Shown here: positions 1 to 7,963 of the stretch, in pieces
Layout: every line of letters starts with the position of its first letter
Numbering within the stretch: position 1 is the first letter of the stretch
Notes under the pieces: generated by a model
Told to the model about the DNA's origin: nothing
What the model saw: the letters and a program-made list of their open reading frames with translations, nothing else
The model's database searches: none
NCBI GenBank assembly: GCA_964401235.1
Contig: CAYNXT010000003.1
Location: 1-32,562, forward strand
DNA from: an uncultured Planctomycetales bacterium
GTDB taxonomy: Bacteria; Omnitrophota; Gorgyraeia; Aquiviventales; Aquiviventaceae
DNA: 32,562 bases
Reading direction: 5' to 3'
Translations under genes and position numbers: made by a program

Positions 1-1377
1 GCATCGACCGGCGAGGTCAAAGCCGTGAAACTGCTCAGTCTGGCCGGGGCGTACTGGCGCGGCAATGAACACAACGCCCAGTTGCAGCGCATTTACGGCA
101 CCGCCTTTTTGACACGACAAGAACTCGAAGCGTATCTGAAGCGTCTTGAGGAAGCTAAGCGGCGCGACCACCGTCGGCTGGGGACGCAGCTTGAGCTCTT
201 CAGTTTTGAGGAGCTCGCAGGTCCCGGCGTGGTCTTCTACCATCCGAAGGGCGCCCTGGTGCGCTCGCTCATCGAAGACTATCTTCGCGAACAGCATTTA
301 CAACGAGGCTATGAGTTTGTGGTGACTCCCCACATCTTCCGCACCGACATGTGGAAGCGCTCCGGGCACCTGGAGTACTACAAAGACTTCATGTTTTTGT
401 TCGAGGCAGAGGAGCAGCATTTCGGTCTGAAGCCAATGAACTGCCCGGGGCACATCCTGATCTATCAGTCGAAGCTGCGCAGTTATCGCGAGCTGCCGCT
501 GCGATTGTTTGAGCTCGGGACGGTCTATCGCAATGAAAAATCCGGCGTGCTGCACGGGCTGCTGCGCGTGCGAGGCTTTACCCAGGATGATGCGCACCTG
601 TTTCTCCGTGAGGATCAACTGGTGCAGGAAATCGAGCGCATCCTCGAGTTTGCGTTCGACGTGCTGCGCACGTTCGGGTTTACTGACTATGAACTGGAGC
701 TTTCAACCAAACCTGAGAAGTTCATCGGCAGTCCTGAAGCCTGGAAGCATGCCGAGGCGGCCTTGCGTGAGGCGATGACCAATCGCAAACTCGCATTTGT
801 CGTCCATGACGGGGAGGGCGCATTTTACGGCCCCAAGATCGATATCAAAATCAAGGATGCGATTGGGCGCAGCTGGCAGTGCGGGACGATTCAGTGCGAT
901 TTCGCGCTGCCGGAACGCTTCGAGCTTACCTATACGGGAGAGGATGGCAAGCTCCACCGGCCCATCATGGTGCACCGAGCTTTGCTGGGCAGTTTTGAGC
1001 GATTCTTTGGGATGCTGATCGAACACTATGCCGGGGCGCTGCCGCTGTGGCTGGCTCCGGTGCAAGTGGTCGTCGTGCCGATCAGTGATAAAGTGCACGC
1101 CTATGCGAACGACATTGCCACGCTGCTGCGGGCGCAGGGCATTCGAGTGCAGGTGGATGAGCGCAACGAAAAGATGCAGGCAAAAATTCGCGACGCGCAG
1201 TTGCAGCAAGTGCCCTACATGGCAATTGCCGGGGAGCGAGAGGCCGGCGCGAACACGGTGTCCGTGCGTCACAGGCGGCAAGGGGATCTAGGAGCGATGG
1301 AGCTAGAGCGTTTTGCACAGCGGCTGGCGCAGGAGAGCGTTCAGCGGGGAGCAGAACAGGAGGGAATGCCACAGTGA
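1..1377 (+). CDS. thrS: threonyl-tRNA synthetase, C-terminal ~458 aa (5' end lies outside the window)
   Basis: Frame 1 is open from nt 1. Translation shows the class II catalytic core (HIFRTDMWKRSGHLEYYKDFMF, MNCPGHILIY, GFTQDDAHLF, FYGPKIDI) and a C-terminal anticodon-binding domain. It is followed by infC-rpmI-rplT, the canonical neighbourhood. Confidence 0.95.
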   Translation, partial: ASTGEVKAVKLLSLAGAYWRGNEHNAQLQRIYGTAFLTRQELEAYLKRLEEAKRRDHRRLGTQLELFSFEELAGPGVVFYHPKGALVRSLIEDYLREQHLQRGYEFVVTPHIFRTDMWKRSGHLEYYKDFMFLFEAEEQHFGLKPMNCPGHILIYQSKLRSYRELPLRLFELGTVYRNEKSGVLHGLLRVRGFTQDDAHLFLREDQLVQEIERILEFAFDVLRTFGFTDYELELSTKPEKFIGSPEAWKHAEAALREAMTNRKLAFVVHDGEGAFYGPKIDIKIKDAIGRSWQCGTIQCDFALPERFELTYTGEDGKLHRPIMVHRALLGSFERFFGMLIEHYAGALPLWLAPVQVVVVPISDKVHAYANDIATLLRAQGIRVQVDERNEKMQAKIRDAQLQQVPYMAIAGEREAGANTVSVRHRRQGDLGAMELERFAQRLAQESVQRGAEQEGMPQ

Positions 1378-1982
1378 AACAGTTGCGGGTGAATGAACGG
1401 ATTCGCATCAGCCAGGTGCGGGTGATCGGGGACGATGGAGCGCAGTTAGGAGTCATGGTGCCTGCCGACGCGATTCGTCTGGCGCGCGAGAAAGGCCTGG
1501 ATCTTGTCGAGGTCGCACCGCAAACCAATCCGCCGGTCTGCCGCATCATGGACTTCAATAAGTTCCGCTATGAAGAGCAGCGGCGAGAGCGCGAAGCCCG
1601 CAAGAAGCACCACGTGGCGAAGTTAAAAGAGGTGAAATTTAAACCGCACATCGAAGAACACGATTACCAGGTGAAGCTCTCGATGCTCAAGCGATTTTTG
1701 ATGCGCGGCGATCAGGCCAAAGTGACGATGGTCTATCGAGGCCGAGAGATGGCACACACCGAACTGGGGCGCCGGATTCTTGATCGGCTCATTCAAGATC
1801 TAGAGGCCATCAGCAAAGTGGAGCGTACGCCCCTGCTCGACGGACGATTCATGACGATGGTGTTCGGGCCGGATCGCGACAAAATTAAACGAGCGGAGCA
1901 GCGGGAGCGACAGAAAGCTGCGGCTGCAGCGCGAGCGGTCGAAACGGCAAAGGCAGCGCCTGGGGGACAACAGGCTTCTTGA
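1374..1982 (+). CDS. infC: translation initiation factor IF-3
   Basis: N-terminal LRVNERIRISQVRVIGDDGAQLGV and the C-domain KEVKFKPHIEEHDYQVK are typical of IF-3. The GTG start overlaps the thrS stop (GTGA). There is no in-frame ATT/ATG upstream of the conserved N-terminus, so the exact start is uncertain. Confidence 0.9.
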   Translation: MKQLRVNERIRISQVRVIGDDGAQLGVMVPADAIRLAREKGLDLVEVAPQTNPPVCRIMDFNKFRYEEQRREREARKKHHVAKLKEVKFKPHIEEHDYQVKLSMLKRFLMRGDQAKVTMVYRGREMAHTELGRRILDRLIQDLEAISKVERTPLLDGRFMTMVFGPDRDKIKRAEQRERQKAAAAARAVETAKAAPGGQQAS

Positions 1983-1998
1983 GGAGACGTTGCAACAC

Positions 1999-2196
1999 AT
2001 GGGCAAACTGAAAACCGTCAAGGGCGTGAAAGAACGTCTGAAGGTTACCGGAACCGGTAAGCTGGTGGGATTTCGCGCAGGCCGGCGGCATTTGTTGACA
2101 GGCCGCCGCGCAAAACTGAAACGGCATATGCGGCGTCAGCGCGTCGTGGCGGCCGTCGATGCGCGGAAACTCCGCATATTACTGCCGTATGGATAA
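1999..2196 (+). CDS. rpmI: 50S ribosomal protein L35
   Basis: MGKLKTVKGVKERLKVTGTGKL... is basic and about 65 aa. GGAGA at 1983-1987 is 11 nt upstream of ATG 1999. The ORF-track TTG at 1990 is too close to the SD. Confidence 0.9.
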   Translation: MGKLKTVKGVKERLKVTGTGKLVGFRAGRRHLLTGRRAKLKRHMRRQRVVAAVDARKLRILLPYG

Positions 2197-2204
2197 GAAC
2201 ATCG

Positions 2205-2276
2205 TTAATGGCGTTCAGTCGCTCATTCGTGTGCAACCAATGAGCCAATGAACGAATGAGCGACTGAACGCATTCG
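2205..2276. repeat. 8-nt-periodic palindromic array in the rpmI-rplT spacer (perfect 20-bp stem 2211-2230 / 2252-2271)
   Basis: gcgttcagtcgctcattcgt at 2211-2230 is the exact reverse complement of acgaatgagcgactgaacgc at 2252-2271. The right arm reads as octads ccaatgag/ccaatgaa/cgaatgag/cgactgaa/cgcattcg, and the left arm has the complementary ttcagtcg/ctcattcg. No U-tract follows. Confidence 0.85.
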
Positions 2277-2289
2277 GAGGGAGGATGTA

Positions 2290-2637
2290 ATGGCGAAGGT
2301 CAAATGGGCGGTAGCATCACGGCGGCGGCGCAAACGGTTGCTCAAGCAGGCCAAAGGCTACCGTGGCGGTCGACGGCTCCACTTGTTGAAAGCCAAAGAA
2401 ACGGTGATGCGGGCGAAAGCCTACCGCACGCGCGATCGCAGAGCCAAGAAACGAGGATTTCGCAGCCTCTGGATCATGCGGCTCAATGCTGCCGCGCGGG
2501 CTCGCGGCCTGACTTATAGCGGCCTGGTGCACGCGATGAAGAAAGCGAACGTGAAGCTCAATCGCAAGCAGCTCTCCGAGCTGGCTGTGAATGATCAGAG
2601 CGCGTTTGACCAACTCGTGGCGCAAATTTCGAATTAA
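2290..2637 (+). CDS. rplT: 50S ribosomal protein L20
   Basis: MAKVKWAVASRRRRKRLLKQAKGYRGGR... is an L20 hallmark. SD GGAGGGAGG lies 6-8 nt upstream. Confidence 0.95.
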   Translation: MAKVKWAVASRRRRKRLLKQAKGYRGGRRLHLLKAKETVMRAKAYRTRDRRAKKRGFRSLWIMRLNAAARARGLTYSGLVHAMKKANVKLNRKQLSELAVNDQSAFDQLVAQISN

Positions 2638-2642
2638 GTGTA

Positions 2643-2757
2643 GGCCATTTTTTCGGGGGTGACACCGGAGGTCGGGCGCCCATCGCGCGGAGTCCCGCCA
2701 AGGGTGGGACGAGCACTGTGGGCTGCCGCAGGCGGCAGGACCCGCGAAAAAATGGCC
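2643..2757 (+). promoter_or_regulatory. 115-nt predicted structured element closed by a perfect 13-bp long-range stem, in the leader of the permease gene
   Basis: ggccattttttcg (2643-2655) is the exact reverse complement of cgaaaaaatggcc (2745-2757). After one mismatch, three more G-C pairs are possible. Internal hairpins are gtccc/gggac (2692-2710) and ctgccg-cagg-cggcag (2723-2738). I could not match any riboswitch class. Confidence 0.5.
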
Positions 2758-2765
2758 CCTCCCGA

Positions 2766-4706
2766 ATGGCTGACGGACGGTCAATCGATTTTTCCCAAGA
2801 CGATGAATCGCGCGTCGCGGTCGTGGATCGCGGCAGCTTGCATCGTGTCCTCAACGCCCCGCAGCTCTTTGCGATCGGCTACGGCGATGTCGGCTCCTCG
2901 ATCTACTACGCGCTGGGTGTCACGACGCTCTACGCGCTGGGCGCGACCCCCTTAGCGCTCGCGCTCGCCGGCATCGTCTTTTTCTGCACGGTCCTCACCT
3001 ACGCCGAGCTCTCCACCGCCATGCCGGAGTCGGGCGGCTCGTGCAGCTTCGCTCGTCATGCGTTCAACGACCTGGTCTCCTTCATTGCAGGTTGGGCCTT
3101 GCTCCTCGACTACATCGTGACCATCGCGATTTCCGCCTATTCCATCGGTCCCTACCTGAGCAACCTGATTCCCGCGCTCAAAACCACCGTCGGCAATGTT
3201 CCATTTACCCTCATCGCGCTGAGCGCGTTGTTGGGGTTGAATGTTTTGGGAATTAAAGAGTCGACCCGCATCTCGCTCCTGCTGTGCTTGTTTGACATTG
3301 CCACGCAGCTGGCCATCATCACCTTCGGGGTGATTCTGCTCATGCAGATTTTTCAGCCGGAGCAGTTTCTCCACCATCTGCAGCAGTTATGGATTCATCT
3401 GCAGATTGGGGCGAGCGACAATACCTGGTCGCCCACGTGGCCCCAGTTTTGGAAAGGGGTGGGGATGGCGATGGTCGCGTACATTGGGATTGAGTCGATC
3501 TCCCAGCTGGCCGGCGAAGCGCGGCATCCTACACGCACCATTCCACGGGCAATGATCGCAGCCATGGTCACCCTGTTTGTGATGTACTTCGGGGTGTCCA
3601 GCATTGCGTTGACCGCGTTGCATCCCGTTGAGCTCACCACGGCCTATTTGGAAGATCCTCTTGCCGGGATTGCGGCCTCAATGCCATTTGGTCGTGAGTA
3701 TCTCGCACCCTGGGTGGGATTGCTGGGGGCGACGATTCTGTTTGTGGCGGCGAATGCCGGGTTAGTCGGCGCTTCGCGACTCACGTTTGCTATGAGCGAG
3801 CACTTTACGCTCCCGCGCCTCTTCTACCGGCTGCATCCTCGATTTAAGACGCCCTATGTCTCACTGATTGCATTTACGTTGGTCGCCGCAGTCATTGTCA
3901 CGATCGCTCGACACTTGACCCACATCGCCGAGCTCTACAACTTCGGTGCGATGCTTTCCTTTGCACTTGCGCACCTGTCGCTCATGGGGCTTCGCATTCG
4001 ACAACCGGAGCTTGAGCGGCCCTTTAAAGTGGGGTGGAATCTACGGTTCGGACGGGTGGAGTTGCCGTTGACCGCGCTGATTGGGTTGGTGGGAACCGCA
4101 GCCGTCTGGGTGGATGTGATTTTTACCAAGCCGGCCGGGCGCAACTTGGGATTTTTATGGATGGGGGTCGGGCTCGTGACCTACTTTTGGTATCGTCGGG
4201 CCCAGCGATTGCCCGCGGCAGCCCGCGTGGAGATCGAGCGGCTGCAGATGCCGGAGTACCGTCCGGCTAAGATCAAGAAAATCTTGGTCCCAACGACCGG
4301 AGCCCATGCATACGATGCCATTCAGTTCGCCGCCAGGCTCGCAAAGACCCACGGCGCGGAGGTGACCGCACTGCACGTGATCGAGATTCCCCCGTCGCTG
4401 CCATTGGACACGTTTTTTCCAGAGAAACTTTCCGTCGCGGATTCGATCATCGAACAGTCCCAGGCGATTGGGCGCGAGTACGAAGTGCCCGTCGATGCGC
4501 AAGTCAAACAGGCGCGTACCGCAGGAGAGACGATCGTTGAGCTGGCCAAGGAAGGGGGATACGATCTCATCATTCTTGGAGCGTCCCCCCGCGCGCTTTC
4601 CACCGCCCCTGGACGGACGACCTTTGGAACGACCGTGGAACATGTGGTCAGGAATGCACCCTCCCGGGTGTGGATTTTTACTGGGAAGGGATCCAGCAGC
4701 GCATGA
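2766..4706 (+). CDS. APC-superfamily amino acid/polyamine permease fused to a C-terminal universal stress protein (USP) domain
   Basis: LFAIGYGDVGSSIYYALG and about 12 hydrophobic segments match an APC permease. The C-terminus (KILVPTTGAHAYDAIQFAARLA...YDLIILGASPR...VEHVVRNAPSRVWIF) matches UspA. ATG 2766 is preferred over GTG 2718, which lies inside the structured element; the start is uncertain. Confidence 0.85.
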   Translation: MADGRSIDFSQDDESRVAVVDRGSLHRVLNAPQLFAIGYGDVGSSIYYALGVTTLYALGATPLALALAGIVFFCTVLTYAELSTAMPESGGSCSFARHAFNDLVSFIAGWALLLDYIVTIAISAYSIGPYLSNLIPALKTTVGNVPFTLIALSALLGLNVLGIKESTRISLLLCLFDIATQLAIITFGVILLMQIFQPEQFLHHLQQLWIHLQIGASDNTWSPTWPQFWKGVGMAMVAYIGIESISQLAGEARHPTRTIPRAMIAAMVTLFVMYFGVSSIALTALHPVELTTAYLEDPLAGIAASMPFGREYLAPWVGLLGATILFVAANAGLVGASRLTFAMSEHFTLPRLFYRLHPRFKTPYVSLIAFTLVAAVIVTIARHLTHIAELYNFGAMLSFALAHLSLMGLRIRQPELERPFKVGWNLRFGRVELPLTALIGLVGTAAVWVDVIFTKPAGRNLGFLWMGVGLVTYFWYRRAQRLPAAARVEIERLQMPEYRPAKIKKILVPTTGAHAYDAIQFAARLAKTHGAEVTALHVIEIPPSLPLDTFFPEKLSVADSIIEQSQAIGREYEVPVDAQVKQARTAGETIVELAKEGGYDLIILGASPRALSTAPGRTTFGTTVEHVVRNAPSRVWIFTGKGSSSA

Positions 4707-5770
4707 CGCCTGTTGAAGAGTTAGAGCAGCTCTTGCAGCGAGCCGTAACAGCCCTTGAGCAGGCGAGCTCTCCGGAAAGGCTTGCGCAGGTACGCGTAGA
4801 GTTTCTCGGGCGCAAAAGCCGGCTCTCCGAGATCATGAAATCGCTTTCTACCTTACCAGCCCGGGAGCGGGCTGAGGTGGGCAAGCGCGCCAATCAGTTC
4901 AAGCACTCCTTAGAAGCGCAGCTGGCGGTGAAGCGGCAGGCGTTGGCGGGCGGCGGGGGGCAAGGCGAAGCGCTTGACGTGACCTTGCCAGGTCGCGCGG
5001 TCGCGCAAGGCCGGCTCCATCCAATCACCCAAACCCTCCACGCTATTCTCGCGCTCTTCGGGTCGATGGGTTTTGAGATTGTCGAGGGCCCAGAGGCGGA
5101 GTTCGAATATTACAACTTTGATGCGCTGAATATTCCACCAGATCACCCGTCGCGCGAATCATTCGAGACCTTCTTCCTTGACCTGCCTGCGCCGCCGGCG
5201 CGGCAGGCAGGTGTATTCTCGCCGAAGCCAGAGAAAGGGCGCTTGCTTCTGCGCAGCCACACTTCGCCGGTGCAAATCCGCGTCATGGAACAGCGCAAGC
5301 CACCACTGCGCATCATTGTGCCAGGCAAAGTGTACCGTCCAGATCCGCTCGATCCGAGCCACAGCTTCATGTTTCATCAGGTCGAAGGACTCATGGTGGA
5401 TGATCGAACCTCCTTTGCAGATTTGAAAGGGGTGCTGGAGCAGTTCTTAAAGGCGCTTTTCGGACCGGACACTCCTACGCGATTTCGCCCGCACTTTTTT
5501 CCATTCACCGAGCCATCCGCCGAAGTAGATATCGCCTGCAGCGCTTGCCAAGGGAAGGGATGCTCGACGTGCGGGCGTAAAGGCTGGCTTGAGATTATGG
5601 GTTGTGGAATGGTGCATCCCAACGTGCTGCGCGGCGTGAAGTATGATGCGAACCGAATCCAAGGGTTTGCATTTGGTATGGGCGTCGAGCGCATCGCCAT
5701 GCTTAAGCACGGCATCCGCGATATCCGACTCTTTTTCGAAAATGATCTCCGATTCCTTACACAATTCTAA
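4703..5770 (+). CDS. pheS: phenylalanyl-tRNA synthetase alpha subunit
   Basis: N-terminal coiled coil, then HPITQT, NFDALNIPPDHPSRE, LRSHTSPVQIR, FHQVEGL, FPFTEPSAEVD, GFAFGMGVERIAML. ATG 4703 overlaps the upstream stop (ATGA). Confidence 0.95.
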   Translation: MTPVEELEQLLQRAVTALEQASSPERLAQVRVEFLGRKSRLSEIMKSLSTLPARERAEVGKRANQFKHSLEAQLAVKRQALAGGGGQGEALDVTLPGRAVAQGRLHPITQTLHAILALFGSMGFEIVEGPEAEFEYYNFDALNIPPDHPSRESFETFFLDLPAPPARQAGVFSPKPEKGRLLLRSHTSPVQIRVMEQRKPPLRIIVPGKVYRPDPLDPSHSFMFHQVEGLMVDDRTSFADLKGVLEQFLKALFGPDTPTRFRPHFFPFTEPSAEVDIACSACQGKGCSTCGRKGWLEIMGCGMVHPNVLRGVKYDANRIQGFAFGMGVERIAMLKHGIRDIRLFFENDLRFLTQF

Positions 5771-5779
5771 CTCTGCTGT

Positions 5780-5846
5780 AGGCTCTAGGCTCAAGGCTGA
5801 AGGCAATTGCCTCCAGCCTCCAGCCTCCAGCTTTCGGCCAAAGCTG
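5780..5846. repeat. 7-nt-periodic palindromic array plus a 7-bp hairpin filling the pheS-pheT spacer
   Basis: Heptads aggctct aggctca aggctga aggcaat | tgcctcc agcctcc agcctcc agctttc (5780-5835); aggct and agcct are reverse complements. It is followed by cagcttt-cggcc-aaagctg (5828-5846), which ends 2 nt before ATG 5849. Confidence 0.85.
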
Positions 5847-5848
5847 TG

Positions 5849-7909
5849 ATGCGGGTGCCAATAGAGTGGTTAAAGCAGTACGTGACGATTCGGCTCTCGC
5901 CGAAGGCGCTGGCCGAGCGGCTGACGATGGCCGGAATCGCAGTGACCGGGATCGAAGAAATCAATGGCGAGCCGGTCTTCGACCTGGAGGTCACACCGAA
6001 TCGCGCGGACTGCCTTTCGATCATCGGGGTGGCGCGAGAAGTCGCGGCAGTCACGGGACAGCGACTACGATTAGCGTATAGCGTCCAGCGTGTAGCGGAT
6101 AGTAAAAACCTTCGACGAGCCGCGAGCCGCGAGCCGCGAGTTACGATTAAGATTGAGGATCGTACGGGGTGCTCGCGTTACATCGGACGGCTCATCGAAA
6201 GGGTGACGGTCAAACCCTCGCCGGAGTGGATGCAGCGGCGGCTCATCGCCTGCGGGGCTCGTCCCATCAACAACATCGTCGATATCACGAACTATGTGCT
6301 GTTGGAATACGGGCAGCCCGTTCACGCGTTTGATTTCTCGCGCCTCTCGCAGAGCACGCTGCTCGTGCGGCGAGCTCAGCCGAATGAGCCCATCACGACA
6401 CTGGATGGGGTCGCCCGGAAGCTTTCGCCGGATACGCTGGTCATCGCGGATGCCGCTCGGCCCGTGGCAGTGGCCGGCATCATGGGCGGCGTGGGCAGTG
6501 AAGTGACCGATCGGACCACGACGGTCTTATTGGAAAGCGCGCTGTTTGATCCGATTCTTGTGCGTCGCACGGCGCGTAAACTTGGACTGGCCAGTGAGTC
6601 GTCTTATCGGTTTGAACGCGGCGTGGATCCTGCCGGGGTTGAGACCGCCTCGGCTCGCGCCGCCAATCTGATCTGTGAATTGGCCGGTGGTATCCAACGG
6701 CAGGGGCTTGATGTCGGCTCAGCGAAGACGGCCAGGCCGTGGATCTCGGTTGAGCTCTCGCGGCTGAATCGGTGGTTAGGCACGCGCCTGAGTGCTCCAG
6801 CACTTCGCACAGGGCTTGCGCGCTTGTCCTGCCGAGTGGCCTCATCAGGAGCCGGCGAGACGCTTCGCGTCAACCCGCCATCGTTTCGGCGCGACCTCTC
6901 AACCGAAGTTGACATCTATGAAGAAGCCGCGCGGCTCATCGGCTACGACCGCATTCCCTCTACCTTGCCGGCGGGCCCGCTTCTGGGCGGCTCATCAGAG
7001 ACCACCGCGCAGTTCTGGCGGACGCATTCTTTGAAGTGTCTGTGCGCGAGTGTAGGGCTGACCGAGACGATCAATTGGTCGCTGGTCTCAGAAGCTGACC
7101 TGGCTCGTTGCGGCTACTCAAGCGCCCAAGCGGTGCGTTTGGCAAATCCCCTTAGCCAAGATCACGCTTGGTTTCGCCCCGGGTTGCTTATCGGGTTGCT
7201 GCAGACGGTGCGGCGCAATGTGACGCGAGGCGTAAGCGATGTAGCAATTTTTGAAGTCGGAGCCATCATGCCGTTAGAGGAAGTCGCTGAGCGGCTGCAG
7301 CTTGGCATCGCCCTCACCGGTTTTTGGACCCAAGAGTGGCAGACGAAGATCGCATGCGATTTCTTCAGACTGAAAGGGTTGGTAGAGGCACTTCTCGAGC
7401 GCTTGTGTCAGGGGAGCGTGGAATATGTTCCAGCCTCGCATGCCTGGTCAGAGCCTGGACAGGCGGCGACCCTCAGGCTGGGTGGCAGGCCCCTCGGCTC
7501 TCTCGGACAAGTCGCACGGTCCATCACGCACGCGCTGGATATCGAACAAGGAGTCTGGGTGGCGGAACTCTCAGTCGAGGCTATGGGGACCGTCAGAAAA
7601 TCAACCGCGACGATTCACACGCCCACCACGGTTCCAGCGGTGAAGCGGGACCTCTCGCTCTTTGTTGACGCCCGCACGCCGTTTCAGGATCTTGATCGCG
7701 CGATCCGAGAAACCGGCGCACCCATGGCTACTCGGGTCATGCTGATCGATCGCTACACCGGCAAGCAGGTGCCCAGCGGCCAGTGCAGCTTGACGTTTTC
7801 CATCGAATATCGCGACCCTTCCAGGACGCTCACAGCGACCGAGGTCGATGCGGTGCATGAGCGGATTCGTCAGACGCTGGCGACCCGATTTAGGGCGACG
7901 CTGCGGTAG
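5849..7909 (+). CDS. pheT: phenylalanyl-tRNA synthetase beta subunit (short form, 686 aa)
   Basis: MRVPIEWLKQYV..., TPNRADCLSIIGVAREVAA, CSRYIGRLI, B3/4 domain (INNIVDITNYVLLEYGQPVHAFD), B5 and the C-terminal FDX-ACB domain. The ORF-track start 5807 would translate the repeat array. Confidence 0.93.
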   Translation: MRVPIEWLKQYVTIRLSPKALAERLTMAGIAVTGIEEINGEPVFDLEVTPNRADCLSIIGVAREVAAVTGQRLRLAYSVQRVADSKNLRRAASREPRVTIKIEDRTGCSRYIGRLIERVTVKPSPEWMQRRLIACGARPINNIVDITNYVLLEYGQPVHAFDFSRLSQSTLLVRRAQPNEPITTLDGVARKLSPDTLVIADAARPVAVAGIMGGVGSEVTDRTTTVLLESALFDPILVRRTARKLGLASESSYRFERGVDPAGVETASARAANLICELAGGIQRQGLDVGSAKTARPWISVELSRLNRWLGTRLSAPALRTGLARLSCRVASSGAGETLRVNPPSFRRDLSTEVDIYEEAARLIGYDRIPSTLPAGPLLGGSSETTAQFWRTHSLKCLCASVGLTETINWSLVSEADLARCGYSSAQAVRLANPLSQDHAWFRPGLLIGLLQTVRRNVTRGVSDVAIFEVGAIMPLEEVAERLQLGIALTGFWTQEWQTKIACDFFRLKGLVEALLERLCQGSVEYVPASHAWSEPGQAATLRLGGRPLGSLGQVARSITHALDIEQGVWVAELSVEAMGTVRKSTATIHTPTTVPAVKRDLSLFVDARTPFQDLDRAIRETGAPMATRVMLIDRYTGKQVPSGQCSLTFSIEYRDPSRTLTATEVDAVHERIRQTLATRFRATLR
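6072..6140 (+). repeat. heptad-periodic DNA inside the pheT coding sequence
   Basis: tagcgta tagcgtc cagcgtg tagcgga tagtaaa (6072-6106), then gagccgc x3 plus gag (6117-6140). The 21-nt triple repeat is in frame and encodes ..AASREPR... Confidence 0.8.
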
Positions 7910-7926
7910 CGGGCGTTTCACGTAAG

Positions 7927-7935
7927 TGCTATAAT
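7927..7935 (+). promoter_or_regulatory. possible extended -10 promoter element (TGcTATAAT) upstream of cysC
   Basis: tgctataat at 7927-7935 lies in a 54-nt AT-rich spacer after pheT. No good -35 was found. The imperfect inverted repeat ttttctaggaaag follows. Confidence 0.35.
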
Positions 7936-7963
7936 AATTCTTTTCTAGGAAAGAAACATCCTC

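Noticed and set aside
1374-1410. Expected AUU start codon for infC
   Set aside because: The only in-frame ATT (1401) lies after the conserved N-terminal ..NERIR.. segment. GTG 1374, overlapping the thrS stop, is the most plausible start, though TTG 1383 or GTG 1389 cannot be excluded.
2211-2271. rpmI-rplT hairpin as an intrinsic terminator
   Set aside because: No U-tract follows the 20-bp stem, and rplT with its strong SD lies 19 nt downstream. A terminator here would abolish L20 expression.
5807-5848. ORF-track N-terminal extensions (pheT 5807, sucC 29929, ThrC-like 18022, carrier 19277, GH57 23198, pheS 4670, JAMM 16330, kinase 26464)
   Set aside because: In each case the extension translates a repeat array, a structured spacer, or the 3' end of the upstream gene. 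A downstream ATG gives the canonical family N-terminus ([76 protein letters not shown]).
6117-6140. GAGCCGC x3 repeat as a frameshift or pseudogenising lesion in pheT
   Set aside because: The three units total 21 nt, so the reading frame is continuous, and all downstream PheT domains are intact.
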